A stretch of DNA of 64,000 bases from a virus. Where the stretch lies: IMG/VR virus record IMGVR_UViG_3300020182_000007; one strand, given 5' to 3'. Under the pieces are notes generated by a model that was not told the DNA's origin, searched no databases, and saw only the letters and a program-made list of their open reading frames with translations. This document shows, one piece after another, positions 43,586 through 53,221 of this stretch. The position numbers and the translations under genes are program-made. Every line of letters starts with the position of its first letter. Position 1 is the first letter of the stretch.

Positions 43586-44971
43586 TTATAGAGCGATGTT
43601 CAATACGTTGAACTTTTGGTATTGAGTTTCTGGGTGGAAACCAGCTTTTACTAGAGCGAATCTAGATTTAACAGCTACTTTAGGAGCCATAGTTCCTTCA
43701 GCAATTGTTTGAACTGATTCAGCCATTAAGTAAGGCATGAATACTAATCCAGCACCGTTACCATCGCCTTTTCTACCAACTAAGATTTCATGTACCTCAT
43801 CAGATCCAACAGTTGCACCGTCGAACGGTAATCTTGGGTCAGTATAGATGTTAATACCAGCTACAGAACCTACTGGGTAGATTGCTCCTGCAACTTGTGA
43901 AATTGTGTTAGAGAATGGGTTTGGAACGAATCCAGCAACACCTTGTAATGCAGATGCAACTTTAGCATCAACAACAGCAAAGTTACCAGCTCCTCTTCTT
44001 CCTCTGTTAGCGATCAAGTTAGCAGCAGCCAATACGTGAGTAAGGATTCTTCTGTTAACATCACCATAAGTGTTACCACCTAAAGTGTAATCTAAAGAAA
44101 GTGCAGAGATACCTGACTCAGCCATAGTTCTCATTGTTCCTAAAATGTAAGAGTTAATTGACTGAGTTAATTCGTTAGTCAATACAGCTTCAACTTGAGC
44201 AACAGCATCAACGCCGAATTGCTTAAGATCTTGAACCTGCTCTCTTGTAACTGCAGCTGCAACTTGGAAAGTTTCAGCTTCAACCGCTTTAGAGAATAAA
44301 GAAAGACCCATTACTTTGTCTGGAGTTCTTTCGCCTTCTTCTCTTGAGAATGGTTGAGCATCTAATAGATCGCCATCAGCGTCCTCAGTACCTGAGAATC
44401 CTGGAATATGATCGTTAAGAGCAGCAACTAATTCAGCGTTAGCATATCTACCAACGATAGTTCCTTCTCCTGCAGTAATAGCGTCAACTATTTTGATGAT
44501 ACTTTTACCGTCTAGACGTGAAGTACCAACAACTAAGTCAGCTCCTGCAACTGCATCATCAGTTTTGATGTATGTTGGAGAAACAGTGTTTCTAAGAGTA
44601 CCGCCTTCGTAAACGAAATCTAGGTAAGATAGAAGACCCATTGGACCAGCCATAGGAATTACCGGTACTAAATCAAGTCCGATAGTTTGTGCAGCAACTT
44701 GCATTGCCAAAGGAAGTAAAGTTGGAGCTTTGTCTCCAGAACCTCTTTGTGCGTCAAATCCAGTTGCCATGTTTGGAAGAGTTACAGCACCCATACCACC
44801 AATATTCATATTAGGGTTAAGAGCCATGATGTTTGCATCTTCGTAAAGTTTGTGATTGTGACAGTAAGTAGACATCCAAGCCAACTTAGTTGAATCATTA
44901 ATACCAGTAGCTTCCTCGATTACGGGTGCCCAAGTACTTCTGATCTCTGCCTCATTTATTAATGTAGCCAT
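43586..44971 (-). CDS. gp23: major capsid protein (T4 gp23-like)
   Basis: LDLVPVIPMAGPMGL, LANELTQSIN-like segment, GRRGAGNF, VFMPY and PKVAVKSRFAL. Confidence 0.95.
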   Translation of the reverse strand: MATLINEAEIRSTWAPVIEEATGINDSTKLAWMSTYCHNHKLYEDANIMALNPNMNIGGMGAVTLPNMATGFDAQRGSGDKAPTLLPLAMQVAAQTIGLDLVPVIPMAGPMGLLSYLDFVYEGGTLRNTVSPTYIKTDDAVAGADLVVGTSRLDGKSIIKIVDAITAGEGTIVGRYANAELVAALNDHIPGFSGTEDADGDLLDAQPFSREEGERTPDKVMGLSLFSKAVEAETFQVAAAVTREQVQDLKQFGVDAVAQVEAVLTNELTQSINSYILGTMRTMAESGISALSLDYTLGGNTYGDVNRRILTHVLAAANLIANRGRRGAGNFAVVDAKVASALQGVAGFVPNPFSNTISQVAGAIYPVGSVAGINIYTDPRLPFDGATVGSDEVHEILVGRKGDGNGAGLVFMPYLMAESVQTIAEGTMAPKVAVKSRFALVKAGFHPETQYQKFNVLNIAL

Positions 44972-45004
44972 TTTTTAAGTATTTATTTTTTGTTATGGTT
45001 ATTT

Positions 45005-45046
45005 TCGACTTTAGTGGGCTTTCTGCTTCTGTCGCCCTATCGTCGA
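45005..45046 (-). promoter_or_regulatory. structured 5' UTR of MCP mRNA
   Basis: Nested stems TCGAC/GTCGA and GGGC/GCCC just after the late promoter at 45055-45062. Confidence 0.45.
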
Positions 45047-45068
45047 TATCTTTTTATATATCTTTATT

Positions 45069-45647
45069 TTATAGAATAATATCTCCTAAACCTAATACGC
45101 TTAAAGCCTTTTCAATCTTTTTGTTATTTGATGGTGTTTCTAATTCAAGAAAATTGTACATTGTGTCTGAAGTAGACTTATATACTTTACTTCCATCTTG
45201 TGGTCTAAGAGGTCTTATGTAAGGATAGCTTGATTTCCTTTGCATATCTACAACCCATTCTGCTTCAGGCGTTTTATACCATTCTGGATCTGTTGAAAGT
45301 AATGGATTATCTTCGTTTGAACCCTTAACAAAATTATTATTTAAGTCATATTTAGTCTCATATATTAAATAAAACTTTATAGCTTTATTATTATTGTAAA
45401 CTAAAGCATGCACATCAATAAATTTTAAAGAAGTTTTCTTTAAATTTTTACCTGGATTAGGACCAAAAAAGTTAACACCTTCAATTTTTTTAAGATCTGT
45501 ACCTGTAATTGTTTTGCCAATTGCGCCATTTAGAATAGACAAGGCATTTGCTGCCTTGTCTTCTATATTCTTATCAGTAAATCTACCAAATTTAACTTGT
45601 GATTTGGCTTCATTTATGAATTGCTCAAACAATTTTACATACTGCAT
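45069..45647 (-). CDS. putative internal head protein (leader MQYVKLFEQFINEA)
   Basis: Shared leader; inserted between scaffold and MCP genes. Confidence 0.8.
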   Translation of the reverse strand: MQYVKLFEQFINEAKSQVKFGRFTDKNIEDKAANALSILNGAIGKTITGTDLKKIEGVNFFGPNPGKNLKKTSLKFIDVHALVYNNNKAIKFYLIYETKYDLNNNFVKGSNEDNPLLSTDPEWYKTPEAEWVVDMQRKSSYPYIRPLRPQDGSKVYKSTSDTMYNFLELETPSNNKKIEKALSVLGLGDIIL

Positions 45648-45665
45648 AACTTAGTCGTATTATCC

Positions 45666-47513
45666 TTATTTATTAAATCTTTTCTTAAATGAATCAGTGT
45701 ACGCTGTTGCATCATATCCGAGACCTTTTTTCTCTTCAACTTTAGATTCAGTTATCATATTTAGTTTCTCCATTACCTTTGCACTTTCTCTAAGATCTCT
45801 AGTTTCCCAGAAGTTTCTTACCTGATACTCAGTATTTAAAGAGTGATATTTAGATTGTGCTGTAATTTGGTTCTTCTTAGCTTCAGAAAGATTTTTCCAT
45901 GTTTCGCCATATTCCTTTGGCATTGCATCAATAAAATATGGTGTAGCATTTTTATTTTCAACAATTAGATTAGAAGATTCGATGATAGATTCAATTTGAC
46001 CCTCAGTCATAAATCCTCTTTTTGATACTGATCTTCTAACTTCTATTTTAGCATCTTCATTCAGAGCGTTGTATTTCTCTTGAACTTTATTTGATACAAT
46101 TTTAAAGAATGTTGGATTTTCATTTTCTTTCTTGGTAGCAGCTTCTACTAGGTTTGAAAGTTTTGAAGCTATTTCGTTTTTGTAAGATTCTTTAGCTACT
46201 TCTTTAGCTCCATCTTCGCCATCAACCAACTCATCTTCAACTTCTTCAGTCTCTTCAGATCTGTCTTTAGCCTTAACGTATTTTTTACCATCAGCATCTT
46301 TAATTTCTGGAGTTTTATCATCTAATTCGCTTTCTAGCTCTTCAGCTGGAAGGTTAAGATCACCTTCATCTTCTAATAATAGATTAGAATTAACAGTTTC
46401 AGCAACATATTCAGCATATTCAGTAACTGATTGCAAACTGTTTTTTAAGTAATCAACATACTCTACTAGTTTTTCTCCAGTTGTTGTACTTTCATTGTGA
46501 GATTCTGCTAAATAGTTAGCGTACTCCTTAATTTTAGAAATACCTTCTGAAAGGTGCTCAGAATACTGAATTCCTTCATCTAGTTTTTCAGCAACATGTT
46601 CTGTATACTGTATAGATTGATCTAGTTTTCCAGATAATTCTTCAGAATACTGAATTCCACTGTCGGCCTTTTCAGCAACATGTTCTGTATACTGTATAGA
46701 TTGGTCTAGTTTTTCTGAAACATATTCCATATATTCCTTAATTCCATTAACGCTTTCTACGATATGATCGTTATGAGCTTTAACTTCATTTAATTCGGTT
46801 TCAGTTACTGCGTCTGCAGTTGGAGTTGAAACGTCCATTGATTCTTTGATTGTCTTAATTTCTTTTGCAAGATACTCAGTGTACTTGTTAAAGTCATCAG
46901 CGTTTACATATTCTGCCATGTCTTCGTTTTCTATGATTTGTGTTTTGTTATTGTTTTCTGTATTATTTATCTCATAAATATAGAGACCGCTTTCGCTTGA
47001 AAATCCAAAAGATTCATTAACTCTTTTAAGCTCTGCATTTTCAAAACCTGGATCGGCTACTAGGTCATAAGTAAATAGTTGTTTAATTTTTACAGTACCA
47101 TTAGATTCAACAGCTCCTGCTGCTCTGCTCGATATTTGAAGAGGTACTCCAGCATCGACTAGAGCCTTTGCTTGTTTACCAGCATCTGTATCTAATAATC
47201 TAATCTTACCTTTAACTTGCTTTGCGTCTTTATCATAATATAACTCTTCTATTACGTGAGACACATTTTTTAAAGAAACATCAAATTGAGAGGGATGATC
47301 TAATTCTCCTAATAGTTTACCAGACTTAATTTTTTGCTGCAATGATTCGATTTGCGGTACGTATTCAGATTCGGTGTAGATTCTTTGGTTTTTATTCTTT
47401 ACATCTATTTCACCAAATATACCTTCTAAAACGTAATCTTTCTTTCCTTCATTTGCTACCGAAAGTGGATTCGATGACATTTCGAGAATCAAAAGGTTAT
47501 TATTATTTTTCAT
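45666..47513 (-). CDS. gp21: prohead protease (gp21-like) fused to scaffold/core (gp22-like)
   Basis: GELDHP, VSH, ISSRAAG and TYDLVADPG, followed by 14-aa coiled repeats (LDQSIQYTEHVAEK) and an acidic tail. Confidence 0.9.
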   Translation of the reverse strand: MKNNNNLLILEMSSNPLSVANEGKKDYVLEGIFGEIDVKNKNQRIYTESEYVPQIESLQQKIKSGKLLGELDHPSQFDVSLKNVSHVIEELYYDKDAKQVKGKIRLLDTDAGKQAKALVDAGVPLQISSRAAGAVESNGTVKIKQLFTYDLVADPGFENAELKRVNESFGFSSESGLYIYEINNTENNNKTQIIENEDMAEYVNADDFNKYTEYLAKEIKTIKESMDVSTPTADAVTETELNEVKAHNDHIVESVNGIKEYMEYVSEKLDQSIQYTEHVAEKADSGIQYSEELSGKLDQSIQYTEHVAEKLDEGIQYSEHLSEGISKIKEYANYLAESHNESTTTGEKLVEYVDYLKNSLQSVTEYAEYVAETVNSNLLLEDEGDLNLPAEELESELDDKTPEIKDADGKKYVKAKDRSEETEEVEDELVDGEDGAKEVAKESYKNEIASKLSNLVEAATKKENENPTFFKIVSNKVQEKYNALNEDAKIEVRRSVSKRGFMTEGQIESIIESSNLIVENKNATPYFIDAMPKEYGETWKNLSEAKKNQITAQSKYHSLNTEYQVRNFWETRDLRESAKVMEKLNMITESKVEEKKGLGYDATAYTDSFKKRFNK

Positions 47514-47560
47514 ATTTTGAATTTATTGTTTCTTTATATATCTATTTAAGAATACTTTTA

Positions 47561-47902
47561 TTATAGATCTGCTAGCGGATCATCTTCTCCACCTTCATCT
47601 TCTCCCTCGGCTTCTGTTTCTTCTTCAGCCTCGGCTTCTTTTTCTTCAGCCTGAAATTCATTCCAATACTTTTTAATGGTTTCCATTTCTCCAGCTTTAA
47701 ACGCGTTTTGACCATACTTATCATATAATAGGTCTTCGATCGCTTTTTCAGTTTCGGAGTTTATAATAGTTCCTACAATTTCAGCGGATGATATTATTTT
47801 ACCATTCTCTAATTTAATGTCGTCTATTAAGACTTCAGATTCTTTGCTAGGAGACATTGTATTCTCACTAACAAATTCTTCAAATAGTTTAATGTGTTTC
47901 AT
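47561..47902 (-). CDS. prohead core / internal protein (leader MKHIKLFEEFVSEN; gp67/68 position)
   Basis: Between portal and protease; very acidic tail; late promoter at 47908-47915. Confidence 0.75.
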   Translation of the reverse strand: MKHIKLFEEFVSENTMSPSKESEVLIDDIKLENGKIISSAEIVGTIINSETEKAIEDLLYDKYGQNAFKAGEMETIKKYWNEFQAEEKEAEAEEETEAEGEDEGGEDDPLADL

Positions 47903-47921
47903 AGTATTATATATCGTATTT

Positions 47922-49517
47922 TTAGAAGCCCATTTCATCATCTCCTGAATCTTCTCCGGCCTCGTCTGCAGTGTCTTTTGCTTTTGCTGAATCGTTTGCT
48001 GTAATGTCATCGTCGGTCAACTTAAGATACCTCTTAACAAGATAATCTAATGAGAAGTAATATTCTTCTTCCATTGTTTCTTGATTTGTTGTCATTAAAC
48101 TATCTCGCATGCTACCTATAAATTCAAGTCTTTTTTCCATGATCTCCATATCCTTTAACTCAGAGAATACGTTTTCTTCATTAAACCTTAAAGCAACTTG
48201 TGTTTTAAATTGAGGATCGTTTTCGAACTCTGGATATTTAAGACACATTTGAATATAAAGCGGCTTTACTAATATTTCTTGAAATACAGATCTAAGTCTC
48301 TTAATAAACTTAGAGAATTTAATTTCGTCTCTTATCATACCATCAGCTGCCATGTTGAAATCTCCTCCACCGTCTTCGTATAAAAACCTAGAGTATGGAA
48401 TTTTAGAAACATGTTTTAATTTATCAGAAAAGTATTTTAGAGCTTCTGTGTCTGAAAGATCTGGACCATCTCCACCTAGTGTTTCAATTTCAGGAGTTTC
48501 TCCCTCCTTGCTTGGTAACCAATATTCTTTATTGAATTGAAGCATCGGCTTACCATCTGTTTGTAGAGATGCACTATCCCAATCAAAATCAACGTTCTCT
48601 TTATATGAATGCATTAACTGCGCTAGAGATTGCTTTGCTCTAGTTTTAGATTTACCACCAACTGGTATAATAAACTTCATTCTAAAACTAGAGTTTGTGG
48701 TTGCCCAAATAACTCTAGTATGTTCCATTATTCTTAGTAGGTTAAATGCCCTTACAAGTCTTTCAATGTATGATGCTCTAGAAGCTGTTGTTATTGAAGA
48801 ATATGAAAGATATATTATTTGAGAATCATATAATTTTCTCTGCTTTATTGGATCATCTTTATATTGTACCCATATCTTCTTACCATCATCATGATTATAA
48901 CCTGGTACTAATGTAATTGGATCGATCTCTTTAAATCCTATTACATCTTTTTGGTCAGGTGAATAAACAATCTCAAATGCTAAGTAACCATCAATTAAAA
49001 ATTTACGATAGTAATACCAAGCTGATTGATCTGTTGTAAATCCAAAATATTGATAGATTTGCTTAAAGTATTTCTGAAGATCCTTTTGAACCTCATCGGA
49101 AACATCCATTCCAAGAATTTCAGGCTGCGCAAAAAAGTTCTTTTCATCATATACTACGGTCTCATCACATAGAATATCGAGAATGTCTTCTATCTCATCA
49201 TTTAGCGCAAATCTTCTTAAATCATCTCTTTTACCTGCATAATCTTTGTCAAAAAACGGGATGTTTTTCTTTAAATTAGTATCGGTCATAGACATTGCGG
49301 CAAATGCACCGTAAATGTCATCGTTATCCCATCCCATTGGGTTCATTTGACCATACCCAATTTGATCCTCCATTGGACCGATCGCTTGAGACTGTCTAAG
49401 TACTAGATCGTCATATCTCATACCGAACGAAGATAATGCCTTCAGAGAGTCTGAAAGACTAAAATTAATCTTGTTGGTACTTAATGGACCATTTCTTTTT
49501 TCTGTAAATCCTGCCAT
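47922..49517 (-). CDS. gp20: portal protein (T4 gp20-like)
   Basis: FLIDGYLAFE, SYIERLVRAFNLLRIME, EYWLP and TEIETLGG-like motifs. Confidence 0.95.
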   Translation of the reverse strand: MAGFTEKRNGPLSTNKINFSLSDSLKALSSFGMRYDDLVLRQSQAIGPMEDQIGYGQMNPMGWDNDDIYGAFAAMSMTDTNLKKNIPFFDKDYAGKRDDLRRFALNDEIEDILDILCDETVVYDEKNFFAQPEILGMDVSDEVQKDLQKYFKQIYQYFGFTTDQSAWYYYRKFLIDGYLAFEIVYSPDQKDVIGFKEIDPITLVPGYNHDDGKKIWVQYKDDPIKQRKLYDSQIIYLSYSSITTASRASYIERLVRAFNLLRIMEHTRVIWATTNSSFRMKFIIPVGGKSKTRAKQSLAQLMHSYKENVDFDWDSASLQTDGKPMLQFNKEYWLPSKEGETPEIETLGGDGPDLSDTEALKYFSDKLKHVSKIPYSRFLYEDGGGDFNMAADGMIRDEIKFSKFIKRLRSVFQEILVKPLYIQMCLKYPEFENDPQFKTQVALRFNEENVFSELKDMEIMEKRLEFIGSMRDSLMTTNQETMEEEYYFSLDYLVKRYLKLTDDDITANDSAKAKDTADEAGEDSGDDEMGF

Positions 49518-49551
49518 AGTAGCTTAATATTGTATTCTGATTATATATTCT

Positions 49552-50157
49552 TTATTTTTTGAGGTGTTTTCTAAATTGTTCTTTAAGTGTATTTGGATTT
49601 ATTCCTTTAAGATTTGCAAAGTCACATAAAACAATCTTTGCCCAGTTTTCATAAGATACAACTGCTTGTCTTGACTTAAGTTTTGTGATATATTGCCTTA
49701 TTGCGAAATCGTATCCATATTGTTTTAGAAATAAAGATGCACCCTTATATGTAAGTTTAAGAAGTCCTTGTCTTTTAGCATTCATTGCTCTTTTTCCAGC
49801 TGAATTGCTTTTAATTTGACCTTGCATTTTTTCATAAACAAAGTCTAGTAGCTCTTCTTTAACAAGTACTGGTAGTATGTTTAAGTTAATACCACAGTCG
49901 TTTCCTGTGGGTGATTGATCTAGTGCTAAAACAACAGGAGCGCTATCCCACCATTCAAGAGTTTCAATTCCTTTAGGCATTCTATATTCAAAAACATATA
50001 TTTTACCAGGCATAAACTTATCACTAGTCGCTGATACTTCTTTATTTTTACTGTCGCTTTTAGATTTTAAAAACCAAGACTCAGCATTAGCGACAGCTTT
50101 TTGTTTACTGCCAGCATCTTTACTTAAATCTCTTATATCTTTTTTAATTTTCCCCAT
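49552..50157 (-). CDS. gp2: DNA end protector protein (gp2-like)
   Basis: PGKIYVFEY...WWDSAPVVL...GINLNILP; adjacent to gp4. Confidence 0.75.
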   Translation of the reverse strand: MGKIKKDIRDLSKDAGSKQKAVANAESWFLKSKSDSKNKEVSATSDKFMPGKIYVFEYRMPKGIETLEWWDSAPVVLALDQSPTGNDCGINLNILPVLVKEELLDFVYEKMQGQIKSNSAGKRAMNAKRQGLLKLTYKGASLFLKQYGYDFAIRQYITKLKSRQAVVSYENWAKIVLCDFANLKGINPNTLKEQFRKHLKK

Positions 50158-50633
50158 TATTTAAGCGACTTTTCTGTGAGAACTATAAACCTCCATCCTC
50201 TTTCTTCAGCCCATCGTTTAGCATATGAATATTTATCACGATTAATAACAAATTGCTCTGCTAAGAATTTATAAGATTTTAATGCTTTTTTTGAGTTTGT
50301 CGTAGGTTGCTTAGGTTTTTTGATTTGATCTGAAGGTTTTATCTCGATTAAAAGCTCTTCAAGCGTGCCATCTTGTTTTTTAACTTTCATATAAAAGTCT
50401 GGATAATACTTCCTCTCTTTAGAATCTAAGGTAGACCAATATTTAATCTCTACAGGTTCGCTAGACCACCCTGTTACATCTTCTCTAGTATCGCATAATA
50501 TCATAAACTTCCTTTCCCAAGATGACCTATATATTATCGGTGGCTTCCCTAGATACTTTATTGGATTAGTTGGATTAAAATATCCTTGACTAAATCCAGA
50601 GTTCTTGGTAGGCTTAACGTTTTTTATTGACAT
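50157..50633 (-). CDS. gp4: head completion nuclease (gp4-like, TnsA-type)
   Basis: YRSSWERKF, WSSEP, YYPDF and IEIKP. Confidence 0.9.
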   Translation of the reverse strand: MSIKNVKPTKNSGFSQGYFNPTNPIKYLGKPPIIYRSSWERKFMILCDTREDVTGWSSEPVEIKYWSTLDSKERKYYPDFYMKVKKQDGTLEELLIEIKPSDQIKKPKQPTTNSKKALKSYKFLAEQFVINRDKYSYAKRWAEERGWRFIVLTEKSLK

Positions 50634-51013
50634 TAGATGTTAAAGAGTCCTCCTCCATTATATTCAGAACCTCCGGAGTTACCCTTGTCCAAACTTAATG
50701 TCGACTTATATTTTTTAGGGTGTATCTTATTCCATCCCTTTGCGTATCCTCTTTTAGCTATCTCTGTAAAGTAAGCGAATGCGTTAGTATACTTTGGATT
50801 AAAATTACGCCAGTACTTTAGTAAGTCCAACAGTGCAAATTGAAGACAATCTTGTCTATCATCATCACTAACATATGTTAATTTTCTAATGGCCCTTTCA
50901 GCAAGCATCACTAGCATTTTTTCAGCGGTTTTTGTGAGCTTATCCTGTTCTTTTGATAATACGATTTCAGCGTAAAGATCTTTATTGTTTAAGTAATTCT
51001 TTTTTCTAGCCAC
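50633..51013 (-). CDS. gp55: late-transcription sigma factor (gp55-like)
   Basis: NYLNNKDL...KYWRNFNP...NAFAYFTEI. Confidence 0.85.
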   Translation of the reverse strand: MARKKNYLNNKDLYAEIVLSKEQDKLTKTAEKMLVMLAERAIRKLTYVSDDDRQDCLQFALLDLLKYWRNFNPKYTNAFAYFTEIAKRGYAKGWNKIHPKKYKSTLSLDKGNSGGSEYNGGGLFNI

Positions 51014-51037
51014 TTTGTTAATTTAATTGTTTAGATG

Positions 51038-51064
51038 TTATATTAAAAAAAACGCATTTGTTTC
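51038..51064 (-). promoter_or_regulatory. putative middle promoter GAAAC-N16-ATATAA (gp55)
   Basis: Exact motif match. Confidence 0.6.
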
Positions 51065-51078
51065 TAATATTTTTTATT

Positions 51079-51106
51079 AAAAAAGGCTCAGATTTCTCTG
51101 AGCCTT
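51079..51106 (-). terminator. intrinsic terminator
   Basis: AAGGCTCAGA/TCTGAGCCTT plus U tract. Confidence 0.8.
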
Positions 51107-51132
51107 CAACTACTAGTGTTCTATATTATGTG

Positions 51133-52341
51133 TTATATTGTTTCTTTTGGGGATATCTCTATAGATCTTTTATTAATCTTAAGGATATCTTCTCCATAAA
51201 CAATATTTACCATATCGTCGCTAGATGCTGTAGTATAGTCTAGTGCATCTACTTTTATTTCTGTTCCTTTTGTAATTCCTTCTGAATCTACTAGTAGGAC
51301 TCCATTAATAAATCCATCGTTTCTAGTAAGTTCATCGTTCTCTAGGATAGTAATATTTTCTTGTATTCTTTTTATTTCAGAATTAATTAAAGAATCTGCT
51401 TCTTTAATTTCTGGAATGTTTTTATTAGATTCTGCTAAAACATTTCGCTGATCTTTTAAGAATGAAATTAATTCATAACTCTCTAGAATTCTTTCAGCAA
51501 TTCTTTCTTTTATAGAAATTTGAGATTCTAAAACATCTTTAAACATAAAAGAAACATCTTCTCCAGTATTTTCTGCAACATAATCAATGGTTGCTACTGC
51601 TGAGAGCTCATTTAATGATGTAACTTTAGCTGATGTATTGTTTCTAAATACGAAAGCTTTTTCATTAACTCTAATTGTTGATATTTTAATATCGTTATCA
51701 TTAACTTCAACTAAATTTTCAGCTATTCCGAATGCATTAAACTGCTTAGCAGCAAAAGCAAATGTTTCTAAAATTGCCTTATCAGAATATTCAATTAATC
51801 CAGAAGCAAATGCGTCTTCAGTTAAACTATCTAAAAAAACTTCTCTATTGTTCATATAAACCTTGTTTTCTTCAGCAACATATTTATAAAGTACGAAGTT
51901 TGCTTCTTTTTTAAGGTTAGCGATTTGTGACATCGCACTGCTGATCATCATTCCAGCTTCATTTACTGCTACTGTGTTTCCAGCAAGCGTATGCTCATTT
52001 CTTAATGATTCTAGATCATTAATCTTTTCATTAATCTTTTCAATCTTTTCAAATGCTAATACAGATGCCTTATTTTTATCTTCTTGTAATTCTAAAGAAG
52101 AGCCTTCTACAACTCTCATAATTGATTTTGAGGATAAATTGTAGTAGAAATGTAATCCTTCATTAGTTACTTTAAAATTACGCATCGCGTATTCTAATGC
52201 TTTTAGTGAATTATCAGGTCTATTAATAGTTCTAACATTACCTTCAGTGATATTAAAAAAAGTATCTGATGAATACAATACCTTTGAAGATTCGTTAGCA
52301 TCAAAACAGATTGTGAAAATGTTTTTTCTTATTTTTTCCAT
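51133..52341 (-). CDS. hypothetical late (possibly virion) protein
   Basis: 402-aa ORF with late promoter at 52365-52372. Confidence 0.75.
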   Translation of the reverse strand: MEKIRKNIFTICFDANESSKVLYSSDTFFNITEGNVRTINRPDNSLKALEYAMRNFKVTNEGLHFYYNLSSKSIMRVVEGSSLELQEDKNKASVLAFEKIEKINEKINDLESLRNEHTLAGNTVAVNEAGMMISSAMSQIANLKKEANFVLYKYVAEENKVYMNNREVFLDSLTEDAFASGLIEYSDKAILETFAFAAKQFNAFGIAENLVEVNDNDIKISTIRVNEKAFVFRNNTSAKVTSLNELSAVATIDYVAENTGEDVSFMFKDVLESQISIKERIAERILESYELISFLKDQRNVLAESNKNIPEIKEADSLINSEIKRIQENITILENDELTRNDGFINGVLLVDSEGITKGTEIKVDALDYTTASSDDMVNIVYGEDILKINKRSIEISPKETI

Positions 52342-52378
52342 TTTATTTGGTTCTTAATTTTGTTTATATATCATCTTT

Positions 52379-53185
52379 TTATTCTTTAAATGGAAGATCT
52401 CTTCCTACTACTTTATAGTTGTCTCCTAATAATGAAGAATTAGATCCTCCTCCTTCGTTATTATCAAAACTTCCTATTTCAACCATTCTATTTCCAGCGT
52501 GTCTTGCTGTATCAAAATCAAATACTGGAATAAACGAATTAATGTCTAGGTTAAATGTGACTTTAAAGTCTTCTTTTTCTCCAAATCCAAATTCAATAGG
52601 TCTTTCAGTAGAATAATCATCAGGTACTGCGTACTCTGAAGATACTCGATATACGCCTTCTTCTAAATGGCCAACCTCTACATTATAGTAATTAGCCCTA
52701 TACATTTTTTTAATGATCGCTTCGGTAACTTTAAATATATCTAGTTGGCTTGATAACACGATAGATACTTCTATTCCTATTACTATTGGAATCATATTAA
52801 ACTCTGCAACGTAACTTTGCATCGTTCCATCAGAATCAAGTATTGCGTATTGGCCTAAATTCCTCTTGTTTACTATTTTTGTTGGATCTACATTAAGAGA
52901 TGTCATGTTTACAACTCCTCTTGGTACTTGATCGTAATTTCCATCAGCTTTTTCAGCGCCCGGTACGCAATTTGTACCTCCTACTGTTGTAAATAAAAAG
53001 TTATCTCTTAAAAAGTTATCGTCTCCAGTTATAGAATAATAGAATGGGACGTCGACTTCAACCCTGTTATCATTTGATAACTGCCTGCTGAAGCTTAATT
53101 TTTTATTTAGATCTGCAAGAAGGCCGATGATTAAATGCCTTACAACACTATCGTCCTTATTCCATTTTATATTGTAGGAAGCCAT
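52379..53185 (-). CDS. gp15: tail sheath stabilizer / tail terminator (gp15-like)
   Basis: RHLIIGLLADLN...VPFYY...QVPRGVV; late promoter at 53208-53215. Confidence 0.7.
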   Translation of the reverse strand: MASYNIKWNKDDSVVRHLIIGLLADLNKKLSFSRQLSNDNRVEVDVPFYYSITGDDNFLRDNFLFTTVGGTNCVPGAEKADGNYDQVPRGVVNMTSLNVDPTKIVNKRNLGQYAILDSDGTMQSYVAEFNMIPIVIGIEVSIVLSSQLDIFKVTEAIIKKMYRANYYNVEVGHLEEGVYRVSSEYAVPDDYSTERPIEFGFGEKEDFKVTFNLDINSFIPVFDFDTARHAGNRMVEIGSFDNNEGGGSNSSLLGDNYKVVGRDLPFKE

Positions 53186-53221
53186 TTAATTTAACTTTTG
53201 ATTTATTTATATATCTAGAAA

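Noticed and set aside
50157-50633. TnsA-like nuclease as a Tn7 transposon component
   Set aside because: Its context (gp2, portal, gp55) identifies it as the T4 gp4-type head completion nuclease.
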